From assembly GCF_006345805.1 (NCBI RefSeq), contig NC_043015.1, positions 38,006,001 through 38,070,000 of the forward strand: a stretch of 64,000 bases of DNA, written 5' to 3'. The translations under genes and the position numbers were made by a program. Positions 37,823 to 50,999 of the stretch are shown here, one piece after another. Under the pieces are notes generated by a model. That model worked only from the letters and a program-made list of their open reading frames with translations, did no database searches and was not told where the DNA came from. This stretch comes from Octopus sinensis. Taxonomy: Eukaryota. The first letter of the stretch is position 1, and every line of letters begins with the position of its first letter.

Positions 37823-40300
37823 ATTTATATCTAAACAGTCCGCCATTTGATCTGAATACTAGCTTACACTACCCTTTCCGAAAACCAAACCAAACTTTCC
37901 AATATATCAATGTTTCCTCAAATCATCCCAATCAACCATCAATAGCATCGTAACTGCAATTTCTAACAGAATCGTAAACCTATCGGCGAATGAAAACATC
38001 TTTAATCAACACGCCCCAATATACAACAACGCCTTGAAATTGAGTAGGTTCACAAATAATATTGAATACATACACAATACACAATACAAAATGAAAAATT
38101 AAATTGGCCAGCATGGTCCGCGACGATATGAAACGGATTTCGGATGGCAGTGGCTCCCCTCATGGTTCCCAAGGAGCTAGCTAATAATGACCAATATTTA
38201 TGCTGATAAAATGAGTTTTGGAAATAGGAGAAATGAATGCGATGTGGTTGGTCTTGTAAATGGTAACCACGTTAATAAGGCTAATAATGAGATTTGTAAG
38301 GATGAAAATACCAGTGATGATAACAGCAACGGGAGGGAAGGGGTTGCAAATAATATGAATCATAAATGTGAATTAAGGTATAAAGTTGGACTTAGGTCTA
38401 ATGAAAGTGATAATAGGAATAAGAATAATACTGGTAGTAATAGAGATATGAATATTAGTATTAGATACAGGAGTGCCCTTACATCAAGCCAAGCAACATA
38501 TTGTAATCCCACTATTAATACTAAGTCTAGGATTCGTCAAGTTACTTGGTTTGCCCCTCCCTTTTCATTAAGAGTGAAAGGTTTACCAAAGCTATTTTTT
38601 ATGTTATTGAAGGAAATTTTCCCAAAACACCATAAGTACTATTCAATATGTAACAAGTCAACAATCAAGCTGGCCTACTCAGTCACTCCCAATGTCGGAT
38701 CTATTATTGCTTCGTTGAGCAGAAGTAAAATAAGGCGCTATAATGATAGAAATGATGACAGAAGCTTTAATGGAAAATTCATTGGCATAGATGATGGTAT
38801 TAATATTAATAGTACGTCTTCTGAAATCGATTGTGAAGGGCGTGTTGGAGTGACAAATAATGCAAATAGTAGAGATAATCATAATAATGATGTCGGTGAT
38901 GATATTAGTGATTATATGATTATCAGGGTGGTAATGATGGTGTTAATAGTAGTGATAATGGTAATAAGAATATTAGTAAGAATAAGAATAAAAATAAGAA
39001 GGATGGTAATAGTAAGAATAATAATAGAATAATTATACCGGAAAATAGTGCGAACGATGGTGTAAATGATATGGCGGATCGTAGTACTGGGAGGGGGCAT
39101 GGTTTCGGAGTGATCAATAATACGGGACCCCCGTAGCAGGTTGAAGAAATGTAATTGTAGGGACCCAGCAGAATGTCCGATTAGCGGAAATTGTCGCCAG
39201 GAAAATATAGCTTATAAATGTAGTGTTGAGGCTCAAGGAGGCCAGAGAAAAATATATATTGGAAGCACATTATCGATCTCACCTAAGCTCTTTCAACAAT
39301 CCTAAATATAGGACCTCTACAACATTGGCATTACATGTTAATGACCTTAAGGAAAAGAATGTTGAATTTAAAATATCATGGGCTATCCTTGCGCATGTCT
39401 CCCCTTATAGAATTGGGCCCACTAGATGCGGTTTATGCATAAGGGAGGCATATACTATATTGAAAAATTACAACAATGCAGTGTTAAATAAGTTCACTGA
39501 TACAATACCGGTGTGTACGCATAAGATCCACTCGACGTTCCATAGGAGATTTAGAAATAGAAATAGCAATAAAAGTTAGAGCCAAGCAATAACAATTGAA
39601 TTAAGTTTAGTAAGTATAGTGAGTGGTAAACGAGATATAACTAATGTAATAATTTTAAAAAATAGCTAGAAAATTTAGAAATAGAAATAGCAATAAAAGT
39701 TAGAGCCAAGCAATAACAATTGAATTAAATTTAGTAAGTATAGTGAGTGTTAAACGAGATAAAACTAAAGTAATGTAATTATTAAAAAAAAATAGCTGTT
39801 AGGCGAGGACTCAAAACTGAATATGTGGCTTTGCATGTATGGGAGAATTTATAAAATTGAAATAAAATAAATTAAGTGCTGAAGTGAAATGGCCCAGATG
39901 GCGCTGTGTGCATACAATTTACTATGGCGGCTGGATCGAATTGTATACGCATAAAGTTCCATTCAGGATCGACGAAAAGATTTCTGGGAGTACGTAAATG
40001 CCGTGTTCTGAGAATGGCCGGTATGTGATTGTGTATTTGTTTATTTGTTCATGTTTTATGTGTTGTATAGGACATCCTGATGAGGGGAGTGCCAATTTTA
40101 AGTACTGATATGTCTAATATTAATTGGCACATCCCCGAAACTGTATATCTTATATTTTTGTAACTTGTATATGTATTATATTATATGTACTATTCGCCGT
40201 AATTTTATTCGTCTTTTGATATGCCATATTTTTATTTTATTATCATTATATTTATTTCTCTTATTCTAACAGTTTTAAGCGTGTTATATGCAAAATTTAT
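37823..40300 (+). mobile_element. 5'-truncated Penelope-like element (RT thumb, Asn-rich linker, GIY-YIG region, 3' repeat with hammerhead)
   Basis: PFRKPNQTFQYINVSSNHP; TWFAPPFS...NKSTIKLAYSVTPN; KCNCRDPAECPISGNCRQENIAYKC; HLSSFNNPKYRTSTTL...CGLCIRE; 124-bp-period duplication at 39549-39775. Confidence 0.88.
40071..40154 (+). ncRNA. Hammerhead-like motif at the 3' end of a PLE
   Basis: CTGATGA at 40077-40083; stem II GGGGA-GTGCCAAT / ATTGGCAC-A-TCCCC; GAAAC at 40137. Stems I and III do not close canonically. Confidence 0.55.
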
Positions 40301-40536
40301 ATTTATATTTATATTTTTATTTGGATACTTATATATTACTGAATTAAAAATTTTTTTTAAATGTTGGACTGTTTAGATATAAATTGATATATAAGATTTG
40401 TATGTGTTTGGTTTACCTTTGAAGTGGTTGTTGCTCGCATTGCCACCCCTTGGATAAAAAAGTGTATACAGCTCATTGGAGCACTTCTATTTCCAGTCCA
40501 TTGTATATCTTGAGCTTTGTTGTCACTCAAGATATA

Positions 40537-40577
<41 letters not shown>

Positions 40578-40818
40578 CCACACACATTTATAAATCAAGG
40601 ATGTAAGCATTAAAATTATAGAATTAATTTTTAAGTATATAATTATAATTAAGGGCTCTGGAATGCCAGCGCCTGTACGCTAAAAGTAGATGTCAAATAC
40701 CTACAATCTACTCTAAATCAGTCCTCTAGTTATACGTCTTTATAAATAAATCTTTCAATCTCATTATATCTTACAAATAAATTATCTATACATCCATAAT
40801 TCTTCATTTCCTTTCTTT

Positions 40819-40875
<57 letters not shown>

Positions 40876-41088
40876 ATACATAAATGTAAGATCCAGGGAT
40901 CGAGATGAAGGAAGAAAGCTAGCTTTAAGCTATTCGTAGTAAATAAGAAAAAAATTTCAGAAACAATAATGGTTTATTGAGACGGACGGTTGAAGACTTT
41001 TTCGTAAAAGATCCACAACCTTCCATTTCAATAAACCACTATTGTCCCTGAAAGTTGCTTTTTTATATTTACTACGGATTGCTTGGAG

Positions 41089-41173
<85 letters not shown>

Positions 41174-41258
41174 TGCGCGCGTGCGTGTGTGTGTATACGT
41201 TTGTCCCCCATCACGATTTGACAACTGTTGCTGGTGTGTTTACGCTCGGCAAAAGAGA

Positions 41259-42036
41259 TGTGGAAGAGATGGAAGTCCGCAGGTGCTAAATCTGTCGAAT
41301 AGAGCGGGTGCAGAAGCGATTCCAAAGCTGTTTCGAGCGAAAACTCACGAGTGTAGAGAGCTCGGTGAAGAATCTAGTTCTTCGCATTCCACAGATCCGG
41401 TCGCTTTCGCCGAATGTTCTTCCCTCAAAAGCTTCAAAACATCGCGGTAGTACTCTCGATTGACAGTTTGTCCCTGGGAGATGAATTCTCGATGCACAAT
41501 ACTCATTTCCATGTGACACTCGCGGCAGATCTTTAAGATCTCTCATAGTCTTCCAGGGATTCCTATCGTTTTTGAAGCGTTCGTGTCACTGCCGAAAGAT
41601 TGCTGAAACATGCTCAATGTCTCTGTAGCAGACTTCCCAAGTTTAACGCAAAATATCACGTTGGCTCCTTGCTCCTGTCAATGACAAAATCGCAGACAAT
41701 TTATATCTAAACAGTCCGACATTTGATCTGAATACTAGCTTACACTACCCTTTCCGAAAACCAAACCAAACTTTCCAATATATCAATGTTTCCTCAAATC
41801 ATCCCAATCAACCATCAATAGCATCGTAACTGCAATTTCTATCAGAATCTTAAACCTATCGGCGAATGAAAACTTGCATACAAGTTATCGCAGAAACACA
41901 AATTTCACAATTGCAAAGTAAACACAGCTATGACATTCAGCACAATACTTCATGAAGGCCGCTGCACACGCAACCATGTGCTGCCATCTGTTGGCGCACT
42001 ACTATACTATTCCGAGAAAGTTTTTATACCACTTCA
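41259..42036 (-). mobile_element. Internally deleted mariner element
   Basis: TA + TIR tgaagtggtataaaaactttctcggaat; EQGANVIFCVKLGKSATETLSMFQQSFG; IVHREFISQGQTVNREYY; LHPLYSTDLAPADFHLF. Confidence 0.9.
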
Positions 42037-42093
<57 letters not shown>

Positions 42094-42255
42094 GTCTGTC
42101 TGCCTACCTGTCTGTCTGCATGCCTGCCTGTCTGTCTGCCTGCCTGCCTGCCTGCCTGTCTGTCTGCCTGCCTGTCTGCTTGTCTGCTTGCTTGTCTGCC
42201 TGCCTGTTTAGCTGTCTGTATGTCTGTCTGCTTGCCTGTTTAGCTGTCTGTCTAT

Positions 42256-42299
<44 letters not shown>

Positions 42300-42479
42300 A
42301 TATATAATATATATATACAATATATATATATTTATATATATATATATATATATATATAAATATATATGTATATGTATGTATACATATATAATATATACGT
42401 GTATATATATACATATATATATACATATTTATATACATATGATGACCGTCCACTCGTGCCGAGGAAGACCATTGCAGAC

Positions 42480-43350
42480 CTTCAGGAACATTCTGCGCTC
42501 TAGGATTAATTTATATTTTGCATTTTCGGCTCCGTTGGTGGCTAATGAGCCCTGCTCTTGACAAGCATACACGACTGCAAACATTGCAGACCAAGCTTTC
42601 CCCATTCACTACACCAGCAGTGCGCTTTCGAGCAGCACGCTTAAGTTCTCCATGCAGAGTACATGCTCTCTTAAAAGTGTCGACCCCCTTCTTAACCTGC
42701 TTCTTCCATATGTGGCGATGACAAGTATTGCTCTCCCAGTCAGTCTCCTGCACATCACAGGCCTTTAATGAGGACTTGACACAGTCCTTAAATCGCCGCA
42801 TTGGTGTTTGCCGAGATCTCTTTCCATTCACAAGTTCCCCATATAGCGTCTGCTAATGGATCCTGCTATCTTTTATTCTTATAAGGTGTCCAGTCCAACG
42901 TAACTGGTATTTGTGCACCATCACCCCAATACTCAAGATATCAGCTATCCTCAGGACCGGTGTGTCTGGAGTTTTTAAGGTCCAGCCAGCATTCGGAATG
43001 TGTCTGAGACATCTCTGATGAAAGCGTTCAAGTACCTTTATTGACGTTTGTAAAAGGTTCATGTCTCACATGAGTTAAGGTGCGAGGTCAGTACACATGC
43101 ACGGTACACAAGTTTTGCTTGCCTTCTGATGCCCTGCTGGGACCAGACACGAGACTAAAGAGACTGGAAGGAATCAGTTGCTCTCTGCAGCCTGAAAGAT
43201 ATTTCATCATCCAGGGAGCATGAACGGCTGAGTTTGCTGTCCAGGTGGACAAACTTGTCTACCACTTTCAGAATTGTTCCTTCAACCAATATAACTGGTT
43301 CTACATGTGGATTTCCTGGTGCAGGGGGAACATTACAACAGTCTTGTCCA
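42480..43350 (-). mobile_element. RTE-BovB-type LINE, 3' remnant
   Basis: VVDKFVHLDSKLSRSCSLDDEISFRL; LERFHQRCLR...QLRWTGHLIR; C-terminal CNVCSRVCLSRAGLISHQRS zinc finger. Confidence 0.9.
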
Positions 43351-44659
43351 GGATATATGCACATACATACATACATACATACATACATACATACATACAT
43401 ACATACATACATACATACATACATACATACATAAATATGTATATATATAAACACAACATGCATGTATATATACACCTATATATGTATTACATAAGATGTT
43501 TGATATCCGGTTTTTGTGTGTACAGAAATTTCTATGTTCTTGCTACCATGGAAACTATTTCTGTCTGAGATTTAAGAATAATGGCATTTAAAGGAAAACA
43601 AAATACACATACCACTCCACCACCACCACCACCACCACCACACACACAAACATATAAAACACTCTTACACGTACACACAGTACAAGTACAATTTCAGACA
43701 TTCTTATACACACACACACACATGCAGGCACAGACACACAACACACGCATACACTCACATATACATACGCATACACACGTGACTAAACGAACAGTAAGTA
43801 AATATACAAAGCTTTACTTATATTTACATCTATTATTTTAAAGCAACAACAGCAACAACAACAACAACGATAATGTAAATAATAACTACAGAAACAAAAA
43901 TAACATAAATTACAATGGTAGCATCATCATCATCGACGATAGGAAAATAACAACAACAACAATAAAAGAAAAAACACAACTACTCCCACTTTCATGTCAC
44001 CCCCATCTATGTAGAATAGAAATGTCTTAAGCTCTTTTTTTCTTTTTTGAGAAGATCAAACGGAGACTCCACAAGTGGAAAGATGAAATATAAAAAACAA
44101 AACGAAAAAAAACGGCTTTATAATTAAGTAGTGTTATGATAATATGCATAGGTACTGTTGTTTCAGTTGCCGTCGTCGTTGCTGTCGTCTTTCTCCTCCT
44201 CTTCCTTCTTCTCGCTTCCTCATTTCCTCTCCTCTTCCTTATCCTCTTCCTCAGTTTCATCATCATCGTCATCATTATTATTGTCACCGTCACCACTGCA
44301 CTTGTTCAAGTTCTTCTTTGTGTTTAATGACCAGACCTGGATTGTGTATTCTCCAAACGGAAATGAACAGAACTGTCTGCTTAGCAACACAGAAGTCTGT
44401 GATAGTTGTGATTCTGGGTCGATCAGTTGATATTTGGTTTGTAGCATGATATAATAGAACTCTTAATCGCTAAAATTATATTGACAGATTTGTAAATATA
44501 TTTCAAGTCGACAATTTACAATGATTACTTATGTCATTTACCATAAACAAGTTACTTGATTCGTTTTACACTCGCTCAAACACGCGCTAACATACATATG
44601 CAACATATAATTACTTTTTATTGTAGTTACGAAGCCAGAAAATTGGGAGAGGAGATAAA

Positions 44660-45168
44660 AGATTAGGGTTATGACCATAAGGCCCTCCGAGCTTTATTGT
44701 CATATGCCAGACTTGTTTGGAGCTGTCTTGGCAGTAGTCTACTGCAACTGGCAGCAAAACTGGAGTATCCCCAATTTTGTGAGCCGAAGAGCGGTGGCAC
44801 CAATAAAGAAAGATCCAAACAAGGAGAACGTCATAGATAACTTCAGGCCCATCACTCTGCTCAACGCTGATTTGAAGATTTTGGCCAAGGTGCTAGCTGA
44901 GAGTTGGCACTTGTCATCGAGTCGACAAGGCGCAAACACGCGCCGTACCGGGCAGGAGTATCCATGACAACCTCTATCTGATGCGCTACATCATAGACGG
45001 GGTAGTTAAGGAACCTGTCATGAGTGCGGCACCGATAAATTTGGATCAAACAAAAGCTTTCGATAGGGTCGACCATCGTTACTTGGAAGCTGTCCTTAGG
45101 GCAGCTGGTTTCGGTCCCGTCTTCTACATTGTATTGTCGCTTTGTGTTCGGACATGTGTGGTTAATAA

Positions 45169-45250
<82 letters not shown>

Positions 45251-45348
45251 TTATCTATCTGGGATGATAATTTATAATTGGGATGCGGGACGAGCGTGTC
45301 TGCATACGCGGACGACGTCACCGTCATAGTGTCTAGCCACGAGCACAT
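44660..45348 (+). mobile_element. Tx1/L1-clade LINE RT remnant, interrupted by (CTAT)n and cut by the gap
   Basis: NFRPITLLNADLKILAKVLA, LDQTKAFDRVDH, YADDVTV. Confidence 0.88.
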
Positions 45349-45448
45349 NNNNNNNNNNNNNNNNNNNNNNNNNNNNNNNNNNNNNNNNNNNNNNNNNNNN
45401 NNNNNNNNNNNNNNNNNNNNNNNNNNNNNNNNNNNNNNNNNNNNNNNN
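45349..45448. other. Assembly gap (100 N)
   Basis: Exactly 100 N, so the true size is unknown. Confidence 1.
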
Positions 45449-46290
45449 GCAAGACCACTGCAGTTCCTCTTTCAGAGCTTCCTTGCAGCTGGCAAACTTC
45501 CAAGAAAACTGAAGGAAGGTAAAATATGCCCCATTCACACAGAGGTAGCAGAGCAGAGAGGCAAGAACTACACTACACCTAATCTCTCTGACCTCACACA
45601 TCAGCAAGGTCATGGAACGAATAGTCAGAAGGAAACTGATCACCTCCTTGAAGAGAATGACTGTGCCCGCCCGACACGCAACATGGTTTCGCGACCAGGG
45701 AGAAGCTGTTTTAACTCAGCTCCTACAACACTATGACTGGGTGCTGAAACAGCTGCTCAACCACTCAAATGTGGAAGTGATATATCTCGACTTTGCAAAG
45801 GCCTTTGATAAAGTCGATCATGGAATGATATGTCAAAAACTGCGTGATCTCAACATAGTTGGAAAACGGGGAGAATGGCTTCATGACTTTCTGAAAGATA
45901 GAAGTCAGGGGTAGTAGCCAATGGGGCCACTTCCATTACATAACACGCAAATAGTGAGCGTGTTCCGCAGGGCACTGTTTTGGGACCACTACTGTTCATA
46001 ATGGCCCTTAGACATGCCCTCAGCCACGCAGAGAGCCACGATCACAAGTTATGCAGATGATACAAAAGTTTCACAGGCAATACAGAACCCTGAGGGCACT
46101 AAACGCCTGCAATGTGAGCTGGACAAAATATACAAGTGGGCTGAAAAGAATAGCATGCAGTTCAATGCTGAAAAGTTTCAAGCTTTATACTATCACATGC
46201 AAAACTAAATGCAATACCCAATGAATACACTGGACCCGGAGGAATAGCAATCCCAGAGGCCAATCAGTGCGTGACCTGGGTATTTACATG
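45449..46290 (+). mobile_element. CR1/Jockey-group LINE RT remnant
   Basis: HGFRPGRSC, IYLDFAKAFDKVDH, VPQGTVLGPLLF, YADDTK, MQFNAEKFQ. Confidence 0.9.
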
Positions 46291-46299
46291 AGTGATGAC

Positions 46300-46648
46300 A
46301 TATATACCTAACATATATAATATACGTATACATATATATATATACATATATAATATATACATATATATATAATATATATATATTATAATATTACATATTA
46401 AACATATACCTATATATATACGTATACATATATATATAATATATTATATAACATATATATATACATATACATATATATATACACATATATATATATAAAT
46501 TATATATATATACATCTATATATATACATATATATATAAATACATATATATATAAATACACATATATAATACATATATATACATGTATATACTACATATA
46601 TACATATATATATTACATGTATATACATACATATATATACATATATAT

Positions 46649-46681
<33 letters not shown>

Positions 46682-47070
46682 TATAATATATATATAATAC
46701 ATATACATATATATATACATCTACAATATATATATGTATATATATATATATGTATATATATATGTAGATATATGTGTATGTATATATATGTATGTATATA
46801 TAATTATATATACTATATATAATATGTATTATATATATATGTGTATTTGTATATATATATATATGTATATGTATATATATGTATATGTATATATTTATAT
46901 ATATGTATATGTATATTATTTATATATATGTATATGTATATATTTATATATATGTATATGTATATATTTATATATATATCTATCTGTATATGTATATGTA
47001 TTATATATGTATATATATATATATCATATATATATATATATTATATATATATTATATATATATATAATAC
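46300..47070. repeat. Degenerate (TA/CA/TG)n low-complexity tract
   Basis: Directly visible. Confidence 0.97.
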
Positions 47071-48281
47071 GATTACTGTCCGTCAGAATTAATGCATACT
47101 CAGCTCCTGTAAATACACCCGTCCTTCCTTCCTCGTCCTCTCATCCTCTCGATTACACCAACCCTACCGCCAAACCCTTTAATAACCACTTCAGCTAATC
47201 TTTCTTTTCCAGGATGTCAACATTCTAGAATTTCATGAAAAAGACGATTTACAAGTCAAATATAAACTGTTAATATCAGCGAGCCGTGTTACGTCATCCG
47301 CATTAATTCCATAAGCCTTTATAAAGGCGGGGCCCTTCAAGGGTGAGGAGAATTTGATCTTTTCTTCTGATTAAGGTCATAAAGAAGTACTTTTGCGTCA
47401 GACATATAATTGATATTTCAGAATCCCCAAAACTCTGCATTTGAGCTACTTTTTAACTTTTCTGTCGGTTTGAACACATATCATTTAAAAGATGAGGAAA
47501 AAGCAATAGTGATCAGCGTATTCATGTCCGAATCTACTAGAACATGCTGAGTATGAATAAATAGGACATTATAACAAAAACAATAAAATATAAAATGACA
47601 AGATGGAAATGATATTTATAAACTTTAATAAGGAAATAGCAACAAATAGAATTTGTTTTGATTTTCATTTTTTAATGTTTTTATACTTTTGTTACCGATT
47701 TTTTTTCACGTTATGCAATTTTTAAATTTCTTTTTGCTGTTTTTTTTTCTTGGAAACCCAGAAAATGATCAGTGAAGTTTTTGAGCATGAGAATACGAAG
47801 AATATGAGCTGGGACCTGAAGAAATTTTTTTAAATGAGTTTCTAGAGATTTTGTGGGGAAAAGATTAAAGAAAATTTGAAGACTGTTTGAAGATTATTAG
47901 AAAAAGAAGAGGAGAGAAGATCACGGGTTTGAAGAGGAATGGAGAAGGAATTTAAAGAGAAATAACGGTATAAGATTTGAAAGAAGAAAATTTGAAATTA
48001 GAAAAGATATGAAATGATTTTGAAAAGATTAAGGGGTTAAAAATATATTTGCTAGCTAAAGGGACACAAATTATGATAAAAGGTTTGGAAAGGGAAATTT
48101 GAAGAAGAAAATGTGATTTTATAAGAAATGATTAAAAAACAACAACAAAACAGCTTCCTTGAAAAAATAGAAAAGAAAGAAAAAGAAAGAAATGAGATTT
48201 TCTGGAAGAAAAGATCAATTGGATTTGAAACTAGGAAGACAGAAAGAAAATCTGAATGATTATTAGAATCAATTTTGGGCG

Positions 48282-48745
48282 TCATAGTTCTTGTTTTGAG
48301 ACTTCGTCAAAGTGCAGAATCTCTTTGCGGTCTTGGACCTCTTGTGGATTACGGTAAGTGTTAAAGTTACGGAATGAATCGAAACGCCTTTTCTCAATCT
48401 CTAGAATGTCCTCCATATCTGCTTCAGTTTTCTGCGAAGACTGGCCGATGCCAGGCAATGTGTAACGGAATTGGTGGTTCACAGTGAAAAAGAAATGCAA
48501 CAAGTTTGGATAATTCATGTCACCAAAGCTATCTCTTGTGTAAACAATTGCTTTGAATTCCGGTGTCTTTGTCGGATCTGACGAATCGGTAACCATAACC
48601 AAGACAGAGGGTACATCAATGAAAGCATTTCCGGTACCCAGCAGTTCGAAATCTTCTGGTGAAGGTTTCACGAGCCGAGCAAAGTTGAAGTATTTTCCAA
48701 AACGTAATGAAAGAGCTTTAAATAACGGACACGTCTCTTCTTCCT
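48282..48745 (-). CDS. Terminal coding exon of an unidentified gene; probable ER-luminal thioredoxin/PDI-like protein
   Basis: Strong acceptor (ttttttttccag) followed by an uninterrupted, non-repetitive frame EEETCPLFKALSLRFGKYFNFARLVKP...GDMNYPNLLHFFFTVN...EVSKQEL*. C-terminal KQEL fits the [KRHQSA]-[DENQ]-E-L ER-retention pattern. The product identity is inference. Confidence 0.72.
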
Positions 48746-49819
48746 CTGGAAAAAAAAATAGAAAGAAAATTATTAATCGCAAAAAGAAATAAAATCTTGT
48801 AATTATTCGCAAAAATAAAACAAAAAAATATCCTTTCTAGTACACAGTAGTAAATATATTTTTACCTAATAAATTAGATAATCAGAGCATGTTTTTTGTT
48901 GTTGTTTTGTATAAAACATATGTCAACGTGATCCTTTTTCTTCTTTTAGCGTTGACTGCATTTAAAAATCTTTGTCGACATCGTCTTCCTTTTGATTTGG
49001 AAAAAAGTTTGCCTTAGCTGCTTTCTTTGACTCTCAGTAGGCCATTTGTAATTTTTTTCGCATTTCAGAATGGCTGTGTCATTGGTAATCCCTGTGTCGG
49101 TTAACAACGACGTTAAAGATTAACCAACACCCCACCAAGTTCTGTCAACCTCGCGAATGTATTAAAAAGGCAATATGACAAACTATCAGGTAAATTTTCA
49201 ACAAACATTTATAGTTTAACTTTTAAAAGCACAAAAATGCGAATAATAATGGAAACGTCAATTTAAACCATAAAAACTATAACCACCCAAACAAAACATT
49301 GACCACACATTGCTAATGTTGTGAGTGATAGGAAGTTGCTGGATATGAAAAGATTTCAAGAAAAAGAGAAAAATATGAATGAGGTATATGGAGACAGAAA
49401 GTGGGTCTTTATCCAAAAATCTATTCAATGACGGACAAAGAAAAAAGTAATACACGTTTCTGCGGCATATAAAACAAGATGGGTTACAAATACCTCCGCT
49501 AGAGGGCGGTAGAACACTTACTAGGCAGGTCTTGGTGAATGATTGACTGAACTCACTCGTGTAAGAACTGTAAAGAAAATCTGATTGATGAATAACTTGG
49601 AGAAGGTCAATAGAAAATCGTGTGCTGACTGAGATCAGAGAGAAATATATCGAACAGCAAAATAATAAATTATTGATGAAAATTACATCATTAGTATAGC
49701 AATAGTTAAATATGCGATGACAATTTGTTACCTTGGCAAAAATAAAAGAACCACGCCGATAAAATCGGAGAGAACAGTTGTTAGACTAGTAGGATAGCTT
49801 GATACGACGTAGACGGAGG

Positions 49820-50460
49820 CTTACCGAGAGAGGGGAAAAGACAAAGAAAGAGAGAGAAGGGGAGAGAGATAGGGAGATTAAAGGAAAGAGAGAGAGTGAT
49901 AGAGGGAGAAAGTTTGAGAGAGAGTGCAAGAAAATGGTGTAACTGAACGACATAGAAAGAGTGTGAAAGAGAGAGAGAGGGAGAGAGAGAGAAAGATATA
50001 GTAAGAGTGTGAGAGAGAGAGAAAGACATAGTAAGAGTGAGAGAGAGAGAGAGAGAGAAAGAAAGAAATAAAGAAATGGTGTAACCGAAAGACATAGTAA
50101 GAGTGTGAAAGAGAGAGAGACGGGAGAGAAAGACGGGGAGAGAAAGACAGTGAATAAGAGACAGACAGACAGACAGAAAGAGTGATAGCGAGAGAGACAG
50201 AACGATAAAGGGAGAGCTCTACAGAGAAAGAGAGTGACAGAGAAAGTAAATGATTAAGATAAAGAGAGAGTGACAAAGAGAGTAAGGCAATAAATGAAAG
50301 AGAGAGAAAGGGAGTGAGGGAGAGTGAGAGAGAGAGATAGAAAGTTAGATGGAAAGAGAAATATATAGAGATAGAGAGAATGAGGGAAAGAGAGAAAGAG
50401 GGAAGCAAGGAAGGCGGGAAAGAGAGATGGTATGAGAGAGAGAAAGAAAGAAAGAAAGGC
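49820..50460. repeat. Purine-rich (GA)n-like low-complexity tract
   Basis: Directly visible. Confidence 0.95.
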
Positions 50461-50999
50461 GACTGGACATAACAAAATACTATTTTGGTTTGGCGCCTCA
50501 TCGCTTCGGTCACATCAACGTCATAACCACCACCATCAACACCACTAACAGTGTTTAATAATAAGTTTAATAAATCACAGTCGAATTACACACGTTAAAA
50601 TACTAATGTCGAATCAGCTGAGTGTGTAATGTAGATTAATTGACCAACAACACTTAAGCGCGAAGTAATACACGAAAGCCAGTTTGGCGCCATTGCTCCG
50701 GAATACAAAGCAAAGCAAATACCTTAACGGGAATGAGCGGAGGAGGAGGTGAAGGGTTGACGTTAGGAAACAAACGTGTATAGATGAGTGTGCGTGCGTG
50801 CGTGCGTATGTGTGTGTGAAAAAAATTATCTGATTTATGATATATTTATTGAATATATAATGATCATTAAAGCATGCAGGGAACACCATATAAATTTCGA
50901 ATCAATTTATACACAACAAATTTGATTAGGAAGGTGATACAAAGTCAATGATGAATTAGAATTAAATATATGTATATATGTGTGTGTATATGTATGTAT

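Noticed and set aside
38106-38193. HDV-like ribozyme (ggccagcatggtcc resembles the HDV 5' end; gctagct and gacca are possible P1/P2 partners)
   Set aside because: The P3/L3-P1-P1.1-J4/2 order cannot be built: there is no GG for P1.1 and no catalytic C after the P1 3' strand.
45272-45736. Chimeric Tx1-CR1 ORFs spanning the N run
   Set aside because: Artefact of reading through an assembly gap; the two sides are different LINE clades.
49878-50513. Long low-complexity ORFs (also 10341-10662, 46583-47198, 53048-53521, 60424-60854)
   Set aside because: Stop-free translations of microsatellites.
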